DNA of 64,000 nt from Lepidodermella squamata (taxonomy: Eukaryota; Animalia; Gastrotricha). Position 1 is the stretch's first letter. The number at the start of each line of letters is the position of its first letter. The translations under genes and the position numbers were made by a program. Under the pieces are notes generated by a model. It ran no database searches and was not told the origin of the DNA. It saw only the letters and a program-made list of their open reading frames with translations. Shown here in pieces: positions 1-11,700 of this stretch. The stretch is from NCBI GenBank assembly GCA_047495785.1, contig JBLDXI010000029.1, positions 186,001-250,000 on the forward strand. Reading direction: 5' to 3'.

Positions 1-866
1 ACACCCTGGGCATCTCGCTCTGCCGCGCTGGTTGGGGCCCTGGCACAGTCAAACTCAGCCGCGCCGCCCTCCCCAGCCCAAACTTCGTCTGGAGGCCGGG
101 GCACAATGAGAAGGGTTGAAGTTGCCGCAATGACTTGGCCACTCGTCGATGCGGCGACGCAAGTGTAATCACCCGCGTCCTGCGGTCTGACATTAGTGAT
201 TGCGAGGACCCTGCCTGAGTCTAACAATTGGATTCGATCATTCGCTTCAACGGGTTGGTTGAACCGTGACCAGGTCTCCAGGATTTGAGTGATATCGGGT
301 TGGCTGCCCTCGGATAGCTGAGCCTCGCAGACTAGCTCTACACTTGAACCGAGGTGGGCAGTTAGAGTTGGTGGTGGTTTTCTCGCAAAATGTAACGAAT
401 TCCCTAGCAGCTCATCCGCCAACACCTTCAGGCGGGTTCCGTTGAGAAATCGACCATTAGGAAGGGGTCGGGTCAGACCACCCTGTCGGCCTGCTGTAGT
501 CGGGGCTGTCGTGCCTTGGCTGCCCGCAGCGGCGAGTTTCACCAGCAAGCAGCGGTAAGAACCCGAATCAGCCGCCTGAGCGTGTCTAATCAGCAGAGTT
601 CCGTTCGCGAACACCCTGTAATGAACGCCATCAGGTCGGATGAGCCTCGAATCTTTCGTCCAGATCAAGCGCGATCGGGAGGTGTTAGTCGGAGCCGCCA
701 GCCGGCAGTCCATCCGAACCGGCTTGCCGAGGGCCTGCGTCATCGGGTGCATCACCTGGTGCTGAGATTCGTGAAGAGGCAATGGCTTTCGAGCCATCGA
801 AGGTTCGCCGACCTCGGCCGCTACCATTAAGAACGGCACGGCCAAGGCGGACACAAGCCAATTCAT
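1..866 (-). CDS. Ig-superfamily cell-surface/secreted protein with at least 2 I-set Ig domains (DCC/Robo/hemicentin-like); 3' part lies outside the window
   Basis: Not in the ORF track because it runs off the edge. ATG at 866 opens MNWLVSALAVPFLMVAAE (signal-like), then VRMDC..LIWTKD..NGTLLIRHAQAADSGSYRC and VELVCEA..WSRFNQ..LAITNVRPQDAGDYTCVA (two Ig C..W..DxGxYxC motifs), and a third starts at AEFDC. An acceptor-like ttatatag sits just upstream of the ATG. Confidence 0.88.
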   Translation of the reverse strand, partial: MNWLVSALAVPFLMVAAEVGEPSMARKPLPLHESQHQVMHPMTQALGKPVRMDCRLAAPTNTSRSRLIWTKDSRLIRPDGVHYRVFANGTLLIRHAQAADSGSYRCLLVKLAAAGSQGTTAPTTAGRQGGLTRPLPNGRFLNGTRLKVLADELLGNSLHFARKPPPTLTAHLGSSVELVCEAQLSEGSQPDITQILETWSRFNQPVEANDRIQLLDSGRVLAITNVRPQDAGDYTCVAASTSGQVIAATSTLLIVPRPPDEVWAGEGGAAEFDCARAPTSAAERDAQG

Positions 867-3800
867 GTCGAGCTATATAAGGATAAATTACGCGTTCCGA
901 AAACGCGTTGTCCTAAAATACATAATTAGTGAATTGGTATAGAGCCTTGAGAGATTTTCGGCTTGGGAACTAAAAGGAGAGAAATGAGAAAAGCCTCAGT
1001 TAAATCTCGCCTATAAGGAGACGAATGCAGAAGTTTGTGCAAAGAAGTGAAAAGGAATCTGGCCCCGTTGGAAACGCATGCGTTTCGATAAGTAAGCAGC
1101 ATCCTTGCTACAACGAGATGAAAACTCGAAATGTGAATGACATTCTTGGGTCTAAAGGTGAGATTGAGAAATAAACTGAGCGTCGAAGTTTCAAAAATTG
1201 CAAATACAATGAAAGATTGAATTTTTCGTGAAAAACATGGGAGTAACAAACAGCAAACAGAATTGTTTGATTTGTTGAGGGTTGAACTAGTAAAAAACAA
1301 GGTAAAAATGCACAACTTGGGTTAAAAACCACGGGCCAGAGTGTTTGTTTCTGTATTTTACGCTGCGCAGATGTGTGTGTTATTATTTACGTGTTCGAAA
1401 GTGGCGCAGTAATAGTCGATGATCGCAGCCGGACGGCGAAACGGGCCGCGCGGCAGCAAACACAGGCGGGGAGGTCAATTAGCGTCTAATGACCGCAGAT
1501 GCGCGCGCGCCTATTTTTCGGGAAAAAATGATACATGTCATTAGGGTGTTTGCGGCTGCGGGCGGGGCAACAAATCGGCGGTGCCGGTAATTTGCTGCCG
1601 GCTCGGCCGCGCGCATACTCGTAATGATAACATAACTGCGGCGGTCAACTGTTGCGGCAGCGCAAACAGTCGGCACCACTGCACGCGTTTTTTCGCATAG
1701 GCAACAATAACACGGCGCGTGTTTATTTACGCGGCGATATAATGCCATTAACGGCACTTGCCCACAACAAGTCATCATCGCAGCCGCGCTACAGCCCTAA
1801 CCCGCCACTCTATACAAGCTATTACCGGCTATTTTTGCTATATAGTGGTACCTGGGCATAAGGGCGGCTTACTGCAATCCGACACTAATCGCGGGGCTGG
1901 GTCAAAAAACAAGAAAATCTCCTGCCACGACTACGCAGCAGAAAAGAAGCTCTTCGTAACCTTGCGAAGCTACACGTTATTGCAAAGGGCGGGCACAGGA
2001 AAAAACGTATGATGACAGGATCCTTTGTCTAGGACCCTTGAAGGCGTAGCTAATTACTAGTGTTTTGAATGGATGCGCTTCATTTGGATACAAGCAGGCA
2101 AAAAGGATCCCCTTTTCAACCACTCCAGGTAGCGATTTCGTTTTCAGCAAAACACTCCGCTAACCAGTACATAATCAAGTCCGTTTCATTAAACAACAAA
2201 ATTGATAAACATGTCCAGGGGCTAACAATTAATCAATTGGAAGATGGAGTTCTCTGGAACTCCAGGCTCTTTCATCGGCTGATTTCATTTAAGAAAAGGG
2301 ATACGGACTGTCGGAAGCCGAATAAGGAGCCGATAATAGCTACTTCTTTTGCCGCGAACAGTAGATGAACATTGGATGATGCTGTGGACTCTTCATGTTG
2401 CTCCATAGGAGTTTCTCCCGGTTAAGTCGCAAGAATACTAAAAACTTAACCTTATATGCCTAAATTTGCGCCGCCAATTTTGAAATTTGTGGACAATTTG
2501 TATAATTTTCAGACATATTAGACACGCGTTACTAATCCATTTCTGCGATTTCATGAAAGAAACGTCGATGCTCGCCGGATGAGACCTGTTGGTAACTAGT
2601 TTGGGTATTACCGGAATTTTACATAATATCACCCATTTTGGTTTTCGTTTTCCTACCGCAACATTTCTCACAATTTCTCACGATAATTATGGGCATCGGG
2701 AAGTTTAATGAAGATGGCGATCAAGATGTTTCAAATTGCTTGTATGTGTAGAAATAATGTTTGTAAAAAATGTGAAAATTAGAATAAAATTTGTATAAAA
2801 ATCCTAAAATACACACTAAAATTACCGAAAGGGAGGGAAAAAATGATTCATGAAACGGGTTGCTGGGTGGCTGGAGTTAGGCTTCAATTACTCTATGATA
2901 AGCCCGGTAATAGGATTCTCATCAGAAGTTAGTGAATGACCAATCGATAATGGGATGTTGGAACTGAAAAAATGTTACATGCATATTGAACACTTGAATA
3001 GGCGAAACATGGCTTATAGCTTAGAGAAGAGGTCGGCGGGGCGAATGTGTCTTGCTTTTTTTTTAACAGATGGCAGAACAAGGTTACAGACGGGTATTAC
3101 GCATGATGTAAATAATAGAGCTAGCCTGAGCATAATCCATGTTACAGCAATGGGAACCTAAATAAGCAGGCGTCGATTGTTTTTTGGCGGCTAGGCATGT
3201 TCAGCACATTATTAGGCAATCAATTACATGCTGGCAATTTTTGCATGGCTTGAAGCAACAGCGCATCCACAACTCATCTGCAATTATTGTCATTATTTGT
3301 TTTTGCAAAATAACCCAACCAGTACAGGCTTACACATGAATGCATGCTCGATTAATCTATTGTTTTATTCTTCTGCGCGCGCTGCCGGACATGGCACGAT
3401 CTCAGTCAATGGCCGCGGGCTGCGATGGCGAAGACAAGGCGGCCGTTGCGGAGCCGAGTCTTGTGTCAACGAGTGTGTTTGTTGGCGGAAACACGCGGCG
3501 TGGCGATCAAGAGGCCCGGTCGCTCGTACTCGCCTATTCTTCCTCTTCCATCTCTATCTTCCTTCTTCCACTCTCTCTTCCCTTCTTCTTCTTCCACGTC
3601 TTCTTCCACCTCTTCCAATTGCGCCGCGGCTCTTCCTTTTCTTCCTTTTATAGAAAAAACTGGCGTTTTGAGTCACTGACGAGCCAATCACAATTCGACA
3701 AATTTCATTTCAAAAATTATTAAGGCGCATTTTTTATTAATTTTTGAATACTTTGTTGTGCGTGCAATAAGTCGCTAATTAGTTTTGCTGTTCATGACGT

Positions 3801-5479
3801 GGGCACAGCACGAAAATCTCAAAACCGTACCTATAATAAAAACGTATTTTACAACTCGTGCGGATCGAAAATAAATAGTAACACCGTAGAGCGGAAACAG
3901 AAAAAAGACAAATTGCATTGCGGTCAAATGCGGCTTGATAGAAAAATACAAAAAATACAAAAAAGTACCACCAGCAGCCACGCGTGCGGTACAACATGAA
4001 TGTGTAGTAACAGCAGCCGTCAAGTCACCTTATAATTTTCGAACACAACACACTGTTCCTACCTTTGCCGTGTCGCCATTATCAGTGAAAAAATGCATTT
4101 TTCCTCATTTGAATGTATGGTTTCTTAGTATTTCCATCAATAATTGGTCCATATATTATTATCGCCTATCGAAAATAATGCTCAAAGGCAACCTTTCCCA
4201 CAGCAGCATATTCCAGCACCTTTATAAAGCGACCTGAATTTTTCCTGGGATCAAACTGTGATATTTGAAATGGTGAGATTTGAAATGTGCAACGGCCTCC
4301 ACGCATTTTTGGGTCGGCGGTTCGCATTATTAGGGGTAATAAAATAAGGCACGCGCGCACAATAGCAAGCCACATCGTTAATTATTGCTTGCCGTCGCCA
4401 TTCTTAACATTAAGTTCGCTAAGAAAGCATAAGGCTTAGGCGTTGAATTTTTCTCAAGACTCATCTTTGATTTCTTAAATATCGTGAGTGATTAAAAATT
4501 TGTTATGTCTAGTTGCGAAATTAAACTTTTCATTTTCTGTTAGATTAAACGGCCGAATGGAACGAAACGGCCGTCCTTTAAATCATTAAACTTGGCAAGC
4601 AGTACGAATTACGGTAAGAGTGCCCTCATGTTAGTTGTCTGCTGTTAAACATTCTTATTGTTTTTCAGGTATAGTCCTTGGAGCCGGTATGGTGCTCGAA
4701 TCGAGTGAAGATGGTGAAGATGGATCATCGCGCATCTTGCCTGGCTGCGAGGGGTGATTACCGTTTGCGCGGAACCGCCCGCTGCGAGTGACTCAGCTCG
4801 AAAGAACAAGAAGACAAAGCACCCGGCGAAGAAGAAGCGGTAGGCGAAAGGGCATGTGAAGACCATGCCGCAATTCAAAAACGGAATTCTGATTGTGCCT
4901 GATGCCTACTCGCCTACTCAATTTCTCAACTTCGTATCTTTATGTGCTTCTTTTCGACACGTCTCTGGCGCTGATTTATACTTCCTGAATAAAATACTGA
5001 AAATACTGTTTATTCGCCTCTTTTTGATTTATTGAAGCTAGAGGGAAAACACGAGGTATCGGAATCACCTGGAATAACGTGGAGAAATACTGCTGGAAAT
5101 AGTTTGCTCATAGACATAATATCAGCATAGTCTGACTACTCATGAGAAAAGGGGTGTAACGCCATGGGCGCCAGATGGTCTGCTAATTCATCAATTTCTT
5201 GGAGGCCAATAATCGAAACATTCAAAATTTCAACCATCGATTTCTTAGCTATAAATGGTCAGATTACAAAGAACCAAGTGTCATCGGATATGTCTTATCG
5301 AGAGGAACACGGTGATATTTTTTCTATAATTTTAATAATTAAGGAACTGGTCAAAAATTAGGTTAGCAGTTTTCGTAGGTATTCAGAAATAAATCATGAC
5401 AACTGCTTCGAAGAAAGTTAAATTGAAGGACTTTTCAGGAAAGTAGATTCTTCACATCAAGAGCTACCTTTTGATACCT

Positions 5480-5620
5480 GAAGCGAACTTGAATGATTTT
5501 TTCCTGATTTTCTAGGGCTGACTAGATCTCAGGGTCACTCTTAGAAGTAAATACAAATATCATTTTTGAAGGTTTTCGAAAATTACAGAAAATCAGGAAA
5601 AAATCATCCAAGTTCGCTCC
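5480..5620. repeat. Inverted repeat with ~34-bp arms inside a probable MITE/foldback relic region (~5150-6550)
   Basis: gaagcgaacttgaatgattttttcctgattttct (5480-5513) is the near-perfect reverse complement of agaaaatcaggaaaaaatcatccaagttcgctcc (5587-5620). Confidence 0.7.
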
Positions 5621-7321
5621 ATAGATAAATAAGTGAGAAAAGATAGGTAACTCATGCATATGAGCAGTGTTCCGAAATTCGGCGTCAGCTCTGACCAATC
5701 GTTGAACGCTCGTACATTTTCGTTTAATCGAAATTTTGGCATTTTTTTAAGCCTCACTTCTCACTCGTATCTGCATAGCCCAACTGTCGAATAAAATAGC
5801 ACTCGCACCGTGAATCAGACCGTAGTTTCTAACGGTGGACTATGATGTCTATTTGATAGCACTTTCCCGCATCGTAGCATTGTTGAAATTCTGAAACTTA
5901 CTAATTCCTCAACTTTTTCAAACGTTTATTGATACTGGTGATCGATCACTATCGTAAGAATATCCCGACGCGAGGGCAAGTCGGGGGGTCACGTGATTAA
6001 GGCGCTGAGCGCAAAACTTCCAGAGTTAGTACTAGAACCGTAGCATAAAATCGAAAAAGAATAAAATGCGCAATATTCTTAATTAATGGGTAACCCAAAC
6101 CAGGAAAAGCGCGAAAAAGGTTACCAGAGAGGCTAGGATACTAGGGTGGTCAAATCGCGTACGTTTGGTGACGTGACATTTAGAGACATTAATGTCACGT
6201 GGCTGATTTTAGTAATTCTGTTATAACAACTGAGCGCCTATCGGAGTCTCCCAGTGAGTCTCAGTTTGGAACTATAGTAGCCCCAGGAGAGAGCTTTCAG
6301 GCGAAACAAACCCGGCCTCATTTGGATTCTCCGTCAGGGCGTCCTGGGCTCCGGAAAATAGGTTTAAAAAATCATATTTTGGTGATTTCATCATTTCAGC
6401 CACCCTGAACAGTTTTCACCAAATTTTGCTCATAATTAGCGCCAGACTATTAGGGACAATATCTAAGATGTTTGCGACGCGTTTTCAAAAGATGCATCCA
6501 AGTTTTGGAATTTTAATAACGTACCTATTCAAGGCCTGTTACTCACTCGTATCTCTTCCTCTTCCATCTCTATCTCGTTGCTGTACATCACTTTATATTC
6601 TAGCTGTCTCACACAGCCCCGTTGATGAGACGTCGCACCGAGACGACGTGCGACAAATCGTCTTGACAGCTGACAGCTTGAAACATGTCTGACACTCACT
6701 TACTTGGCAAAGATATGAACCCCGATTGCAAGAATCAAATGGCAGTCCAAAACCTCTGCGTTGGATAATGCAATCTTGATGAGGGGATTTGGCAAAACGG
6801 TTATACTGTAGGTACCAACTGAATCATATCAAGACTTGATACAAATCCCAGAGTCATTATATTTCCTCTATTTCACACAACTCGATTTGCATGGAAGAAT
6901 AAAGGATAAAGGATAGCTCGACTCCGAAGCGCTTTCTCTCATGCTGTATACTCCACAACACAGAAAATGTATGATTCATGTTTCATGCTTCATGCTGGCT
7001 AATTTATTCAATGAATTTATTCTGTTTATGGTGACAAGTGACGGAGGCATCCACCGTTTTTCTCGAAATCATCCGCGACCGCAATGATAAATATCCGTTT
7101 AGTGTTCTATCTTCTATCCAAACGTTTTTTCCTATTCAATTTCCCAGCTGAAATAAAATTGCTCAGCCCCAAAGGTATTCGCTGCTCTCAAATTTAAAGG
7201 TGTCGTCTACCTTATCCGCAATCCAATATTCCACTTGGAGACCAAACTTAGATCACTAGAGCTTGACTTCGCTTTCATGGTGGCGGAATTCACTTTTCAC
7301 TTGCCACTGGTGCTAAGCTTC

Positions 7322-8121
7322 TCATCTGTTCTGCTGGGCGCTCCCAGGATTGACCAAAGGTTGCGCAACTGCAGTTGCCGAATTCCTAGGTTTCGCAGCT
7401 GCAATAGGTCTCGGAGCAGCAGCCACTGGGGACGACCCAAGTCGAGGATTTTTGTTAGCAGTTGGCGATCCCAGCGATCCGTTGCTCAGAGACTGCTTAT
7501 TTCCCATCGTGAAATCAACCACCTCGTTTTTGGCACCTAAACCCTGCGCATCCACATCAGCAAACATTTTCTCGATCTCAGCCTTTTCATAAGACCTTTT
7601 GACACCTAGCGGCTTGACCAGAGCCTCTACAGCTTCATGAATCGGGCAGGTCAGTTCGCATAGCCGAGGAACTTGCAGGCCTGCATCTTGGTGAAGAATA
7701 CTTGTGTTTGACCACTCTTCGACCTTATCTTTCAGCTGGCTCCATAAAATGCGCGATTTCATCGTCTCCGTCTTTCTAACACCATCAGGTGCAATTAACA
7801 GAACTTTCGTTTGCAGCTGCTTCTTCTTTGCGTCGAGCACTTCGCAGACCAATCTCTTTATTTCATCAATGTCCTTAGCCACGTTTTCCATCGACTTGCT
7901 GACATATTCCTGCCCGTTAGATGAGGACTCGAGTTGCATGAACCACGCGTTTAGGTCATTTTTCATGGCATTGAGCCTGTTCTTTTGAGTTTCCAAGTTA
8001 TACAGCTCGCATCCCCTGAGCTGAAAAATGAAAGTGTTGGGCGTTTGGGTCATTAGTCAGCGACTTCACTCACCTGGCATCCCTTGAAGCACTCAGCGGC
8101 ATTGTGTGGCTGATGGGCCAT
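7322..8121 (-). CDS. Uncharacterised ~249-aa protein: short His/Cys-containing N-terminus, coiled coil, low-complexity tail
   Basis: Exon 8121-8074 (MAHQPHNAAECFKGCQ|gtgagt) splices in phase 0 to ttttcag|8020-7322. The helical stretch MENVAKDIDEIKRLVCEVLDAKKKQL resembles a B-box-associated coiled coil; family not recognised. Confidence 0.6.
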
Positions 8122-8747
8122 TTTACTCGTTATGTCCAGCGGAAATTATCAGTCTGCAGAGGGCAATTTTAGCAGACCTCTACTTATCTTCTGCGCTTTC
8201 GGCAAGCGGCAGCGAGTGTTTTATCTCTAGCAGCCAGTGAAAATTATCATTTCGTAAAAACGACAAGTCTTTATTTGTTTGTTTTTCCTCATCTGCAACT
8301 GATAGCACAATTTCAGTTTTTTGTAACAAGAAAGGAAGAGTGTGTCTCAGATCAAACTGATCAAAGCAGCACGAGATTTCATCCAGCTAAAAATGATATA
8401 ATATTCTTACAATAAATTATATGTGATATTTCCTATACAGATTTACAGGTTGAAATTATAACAAATAATATAACAATAATAATAATATCTTTCTTTTTGC
8501 GACAAAAATTAAAAGTCCGCTCAGTGTTGCTTTCAAATAATAGAAATATCTGTAAATTTTCAGCATGTAAATTACTTGCCAGTATTTCGAATGTTTTAAG
8601 TAGCTTTGGAATGAAGATCCTGATGCGATGGCATATCGTATGAAGAATTCGGAGAAGTAACAAAACGCGAGATGTGTAAAGCAATAACAATGTTATCACA
8701 AAGAAGCGCTGAACGCTTCGTCTATCAACGAAAGCTAGCCGTTTTGA

Positions 8748-11700
8748 TCATGTTCGGTTTTTCCGATAAAACACGTACGGGCTGGCTTGTTGCGATTGAC
8801 ACGACGTTGTTTTCAGGTAGCATCTGTACAAACAAAAATGTGTTACCAAACAAATCTTGACGACAGATACCCTCGAAATCCCCTTGTCCTTACTGAATTC
8901 TATTCGACTTCGTACCCTAAACTTTCTTCATTGATGTTTCCCCATAACCCAGCCATAATCTCAAATCTCAATACAATTTGTATTGCCAGCTCACTCATCA
9001 TTCCAGCTTAGGGTAGCGTCTAGCTTTACCCCATTCCTAACCCAAATTCTATCACCCAATCCCCATCATTCTTATCCCATATTCCATTTCAATCTAATGC
9101 AAGTAGCAAGTATCATTACTATCCTGACCTCTCAAAATGTTAGCTTCCCCCGTTCGTCTTCTGCTGACTGGTGTCAGTGCTAGATTGCTGAAACGTTACT
9201 TACCGATTGTCCTGAAGATCCGAGTAAGAAAAGCCCGCGCAGTCCGCACCCTGCTGGCCGCATTTAGCCGCGCACTGCTCAACAGTACAAGTCGCGCAAT
9301 GCAGGTGTAGCGGCATTAAATTGCCAGGACAGTTGCCATCCAACCGCTCGAACCCTGCAACCGTCACATTGAGACGCGGGTTGTCGCCAGTCGGACAAGA
9401 CCCGGCAGTCAGCTTCGTGCTCGCCAGACTGACACTGCCGAGACGACCGCGGCCTTGTCGCACCTCGAGTATGACTTTGAAAGGGCCATCGTCGGAGATA
9501 TCCACAGTGACGAGACGCCAATCACTGCTGGGCCCAGAGTCAGGTTGAACTATGCGTGCCGGTCGCTCGCCCTTAGCTCCGGCAAGAATTACAACCAAAG
9601 TATCTGGAGTCTGCTGCTCAAAGAAAAAACCATGCGTCAAGTTGGTGCAAAATCAATCTTGGCTTTTGTTAAGAGTTATGTAAGCTAGGTTAGGATGTAG
9701 TTAGAATGGTATGTTATTCCTATAGGATACCATAGCAGTGCTGTTCACGGGAGCATCATAAGGCTAATTGTTCACAAAACCTTAACCTTCAAGTTCAGCT
9801 TTAAGACAATTTCCTTACCTGATAGTAGAAACCTTCCATACGGACGAAGACGTGAAAGCAGGAGGGCCTTTGGCTCGGTAACAAGGTCATCTCAGGCGAG
9901 ACAAGCCTCGTCGCTGTCCAATCAGGCGCCGAAGCCCCGGCGAGGTATCCTGTTAGCGTATACGTGAAATCGAACTCTTCCTCCTGAGACGACAGCTGCC
10001 ACGACGGAGCATCGGCTTGCCAACTGCACAGACTTCCGTGGAAACTGCAATCCAGTTCAGACGAAGTATCTGCCCTAGAATCACTAGCCGGCTGCTCCTC
10101 GCAGAATGGAGCGTCATTCCAGCGTTTTGTCGGCAGGCAATCGATGACAGAGTTTCCGACCAAGTGATACCCAGCTTCGCAAGTGAAAGTCACGCTGGAG
10201 CCAACTGTAGCCGATACAGGTTCGTCCGAGGAGTAGTACGCGTTTCGAACGGCTGGTACTGCTCCACAGGTGCCCTGTACTACGGCTCTCAGAGCTGGAA
10301 CGACTGGGCTTGCGAATGCTGCGAGTTCAATGTAACCACTTTTTGACATCTCGGTTTCGATGGTCGATTTGTAGGCATACTAAAAATGATGAAATAAAAT
10401 AGGAAGACGTAATCAGGGTCAACTTACAGCCTGCAGACAAACAGTTTGCGCCACTTCACTGCGACGTAAGCTCTGAAGTTCGTTGACAGATATAACCGGG
10501 CCGGAGAGTGGGTCAGCGTAGAAAATTCTATAAAATCAATGAAAAGGCTTGTAGGTATAAAATGAACAACATTTACCCGATGAAGTCTCCCTCTTGCGCG
10601 AAAATTTGTGAATCTATCGGAACGTAGAACTGGTTGAAGCCTTTGCGGAACGCCCGACGCATGTTAGCCCCGACAAAGTGGTACTTGTTTGATGAGACAA
10701 GGCGGAAAACGCCTAAATAGACGTCGCCACCATCGTCGCGGCCTGAGTAGAATTCCCAGCGAACAATCGAACCGGCGCATGTGAAACGCATGCCAAGACA
10801 CAACGTGGTCGGATTGGTTGCGGGAAGAGTGGCAACTTCTGGAACTGGACGACCGGCTACGCATTCGACATCGGGCTCAACAGCTTCGTAGAACAACTCG
10901 AAGCCATTAGCTATTAAATAAACGCCAAGTTAGAATTTGAAAATGAGTATTGAATAAGATGATCTTAAAAACGAATAATCAAGTAATCAGTCACCTTCCC
11001 ATGTAGGATCCGAGTGAAAGTGGACGAGTAACGCACTGCCGCTTGATGTAACGGGTGGTGACGCGAAAAGGCCGCAGAACACCCCTAGAACATTCGCCGT
11101 AGTCTCATTCGCCCCGTCGAAAACCACCAGCCTGTCGTTGTAGCAGTTCGGCGACGTGGTCAGCTGAAGGGTCAGAAATGTAACCCTCACAACTTTCCCC
11201 GGTGGAGCGACAATACGCCAAGCGCAGTTGGCATTCGGCGGGTAAAAGCCCTGGTTGAAGTTAGGCGAGGCAATGTAGCCAGATGACCGCTGGAGAACTG
11301 CCGGAGCTGTTTCACTGGTGCAGGCCAGTGTCGCCGTGGCTTCATCGTCACTGGCGCTGTTGTTAGTTGCGGAATTGCCGTTGTTTGTAACCGGCGGGTT
11401 GCGACCGTTCGCAGCACTCCGGCCCTGAGCCGGGGTTGGCGAGACAACTGCCCGACTGCTGTTTGGCACGTTGACTGAGACTTGGTTCTCGATGACGGTC
11501 CCAGGCTCCAGCGTGGAAAACCTACGTCGCGTTGTAGTCGTTGTAGTCGACGGGGAATTCGTCGCTGAAGTCGTTGAACTCGCTGCAATGGTCTGGGGTG
11601 TGGTCGATGGAGTTTGGGTGATAGGAAGTCTCGGAGTGGAAGGGCGTGTCGTAGTCGTCCTAGTTGCTATTATCGAAATGGAAACACACAAAAATGTAAG

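Noticed and set aside
2069-2440. Possible transposase relic
   Set aside because: Only a vague resemblance, with multiple stops and no TIRs identified.
4540-4900. Exon-like segments with splice signals
   Set aside because: All frames close quickly; could be a lncRNA or relic but cannot be supported from sequence alone.
8880-9140. Telomere-like C-rich intronic tract
   Set aside because: Too degenerate; no regular repeat unit.
9731-9763. Possible 33-nt microexon in the astacin gene
   Set aside because: It has AG/GT ends and keeps frame, but the MAM domain reads well without it and there is no other support.
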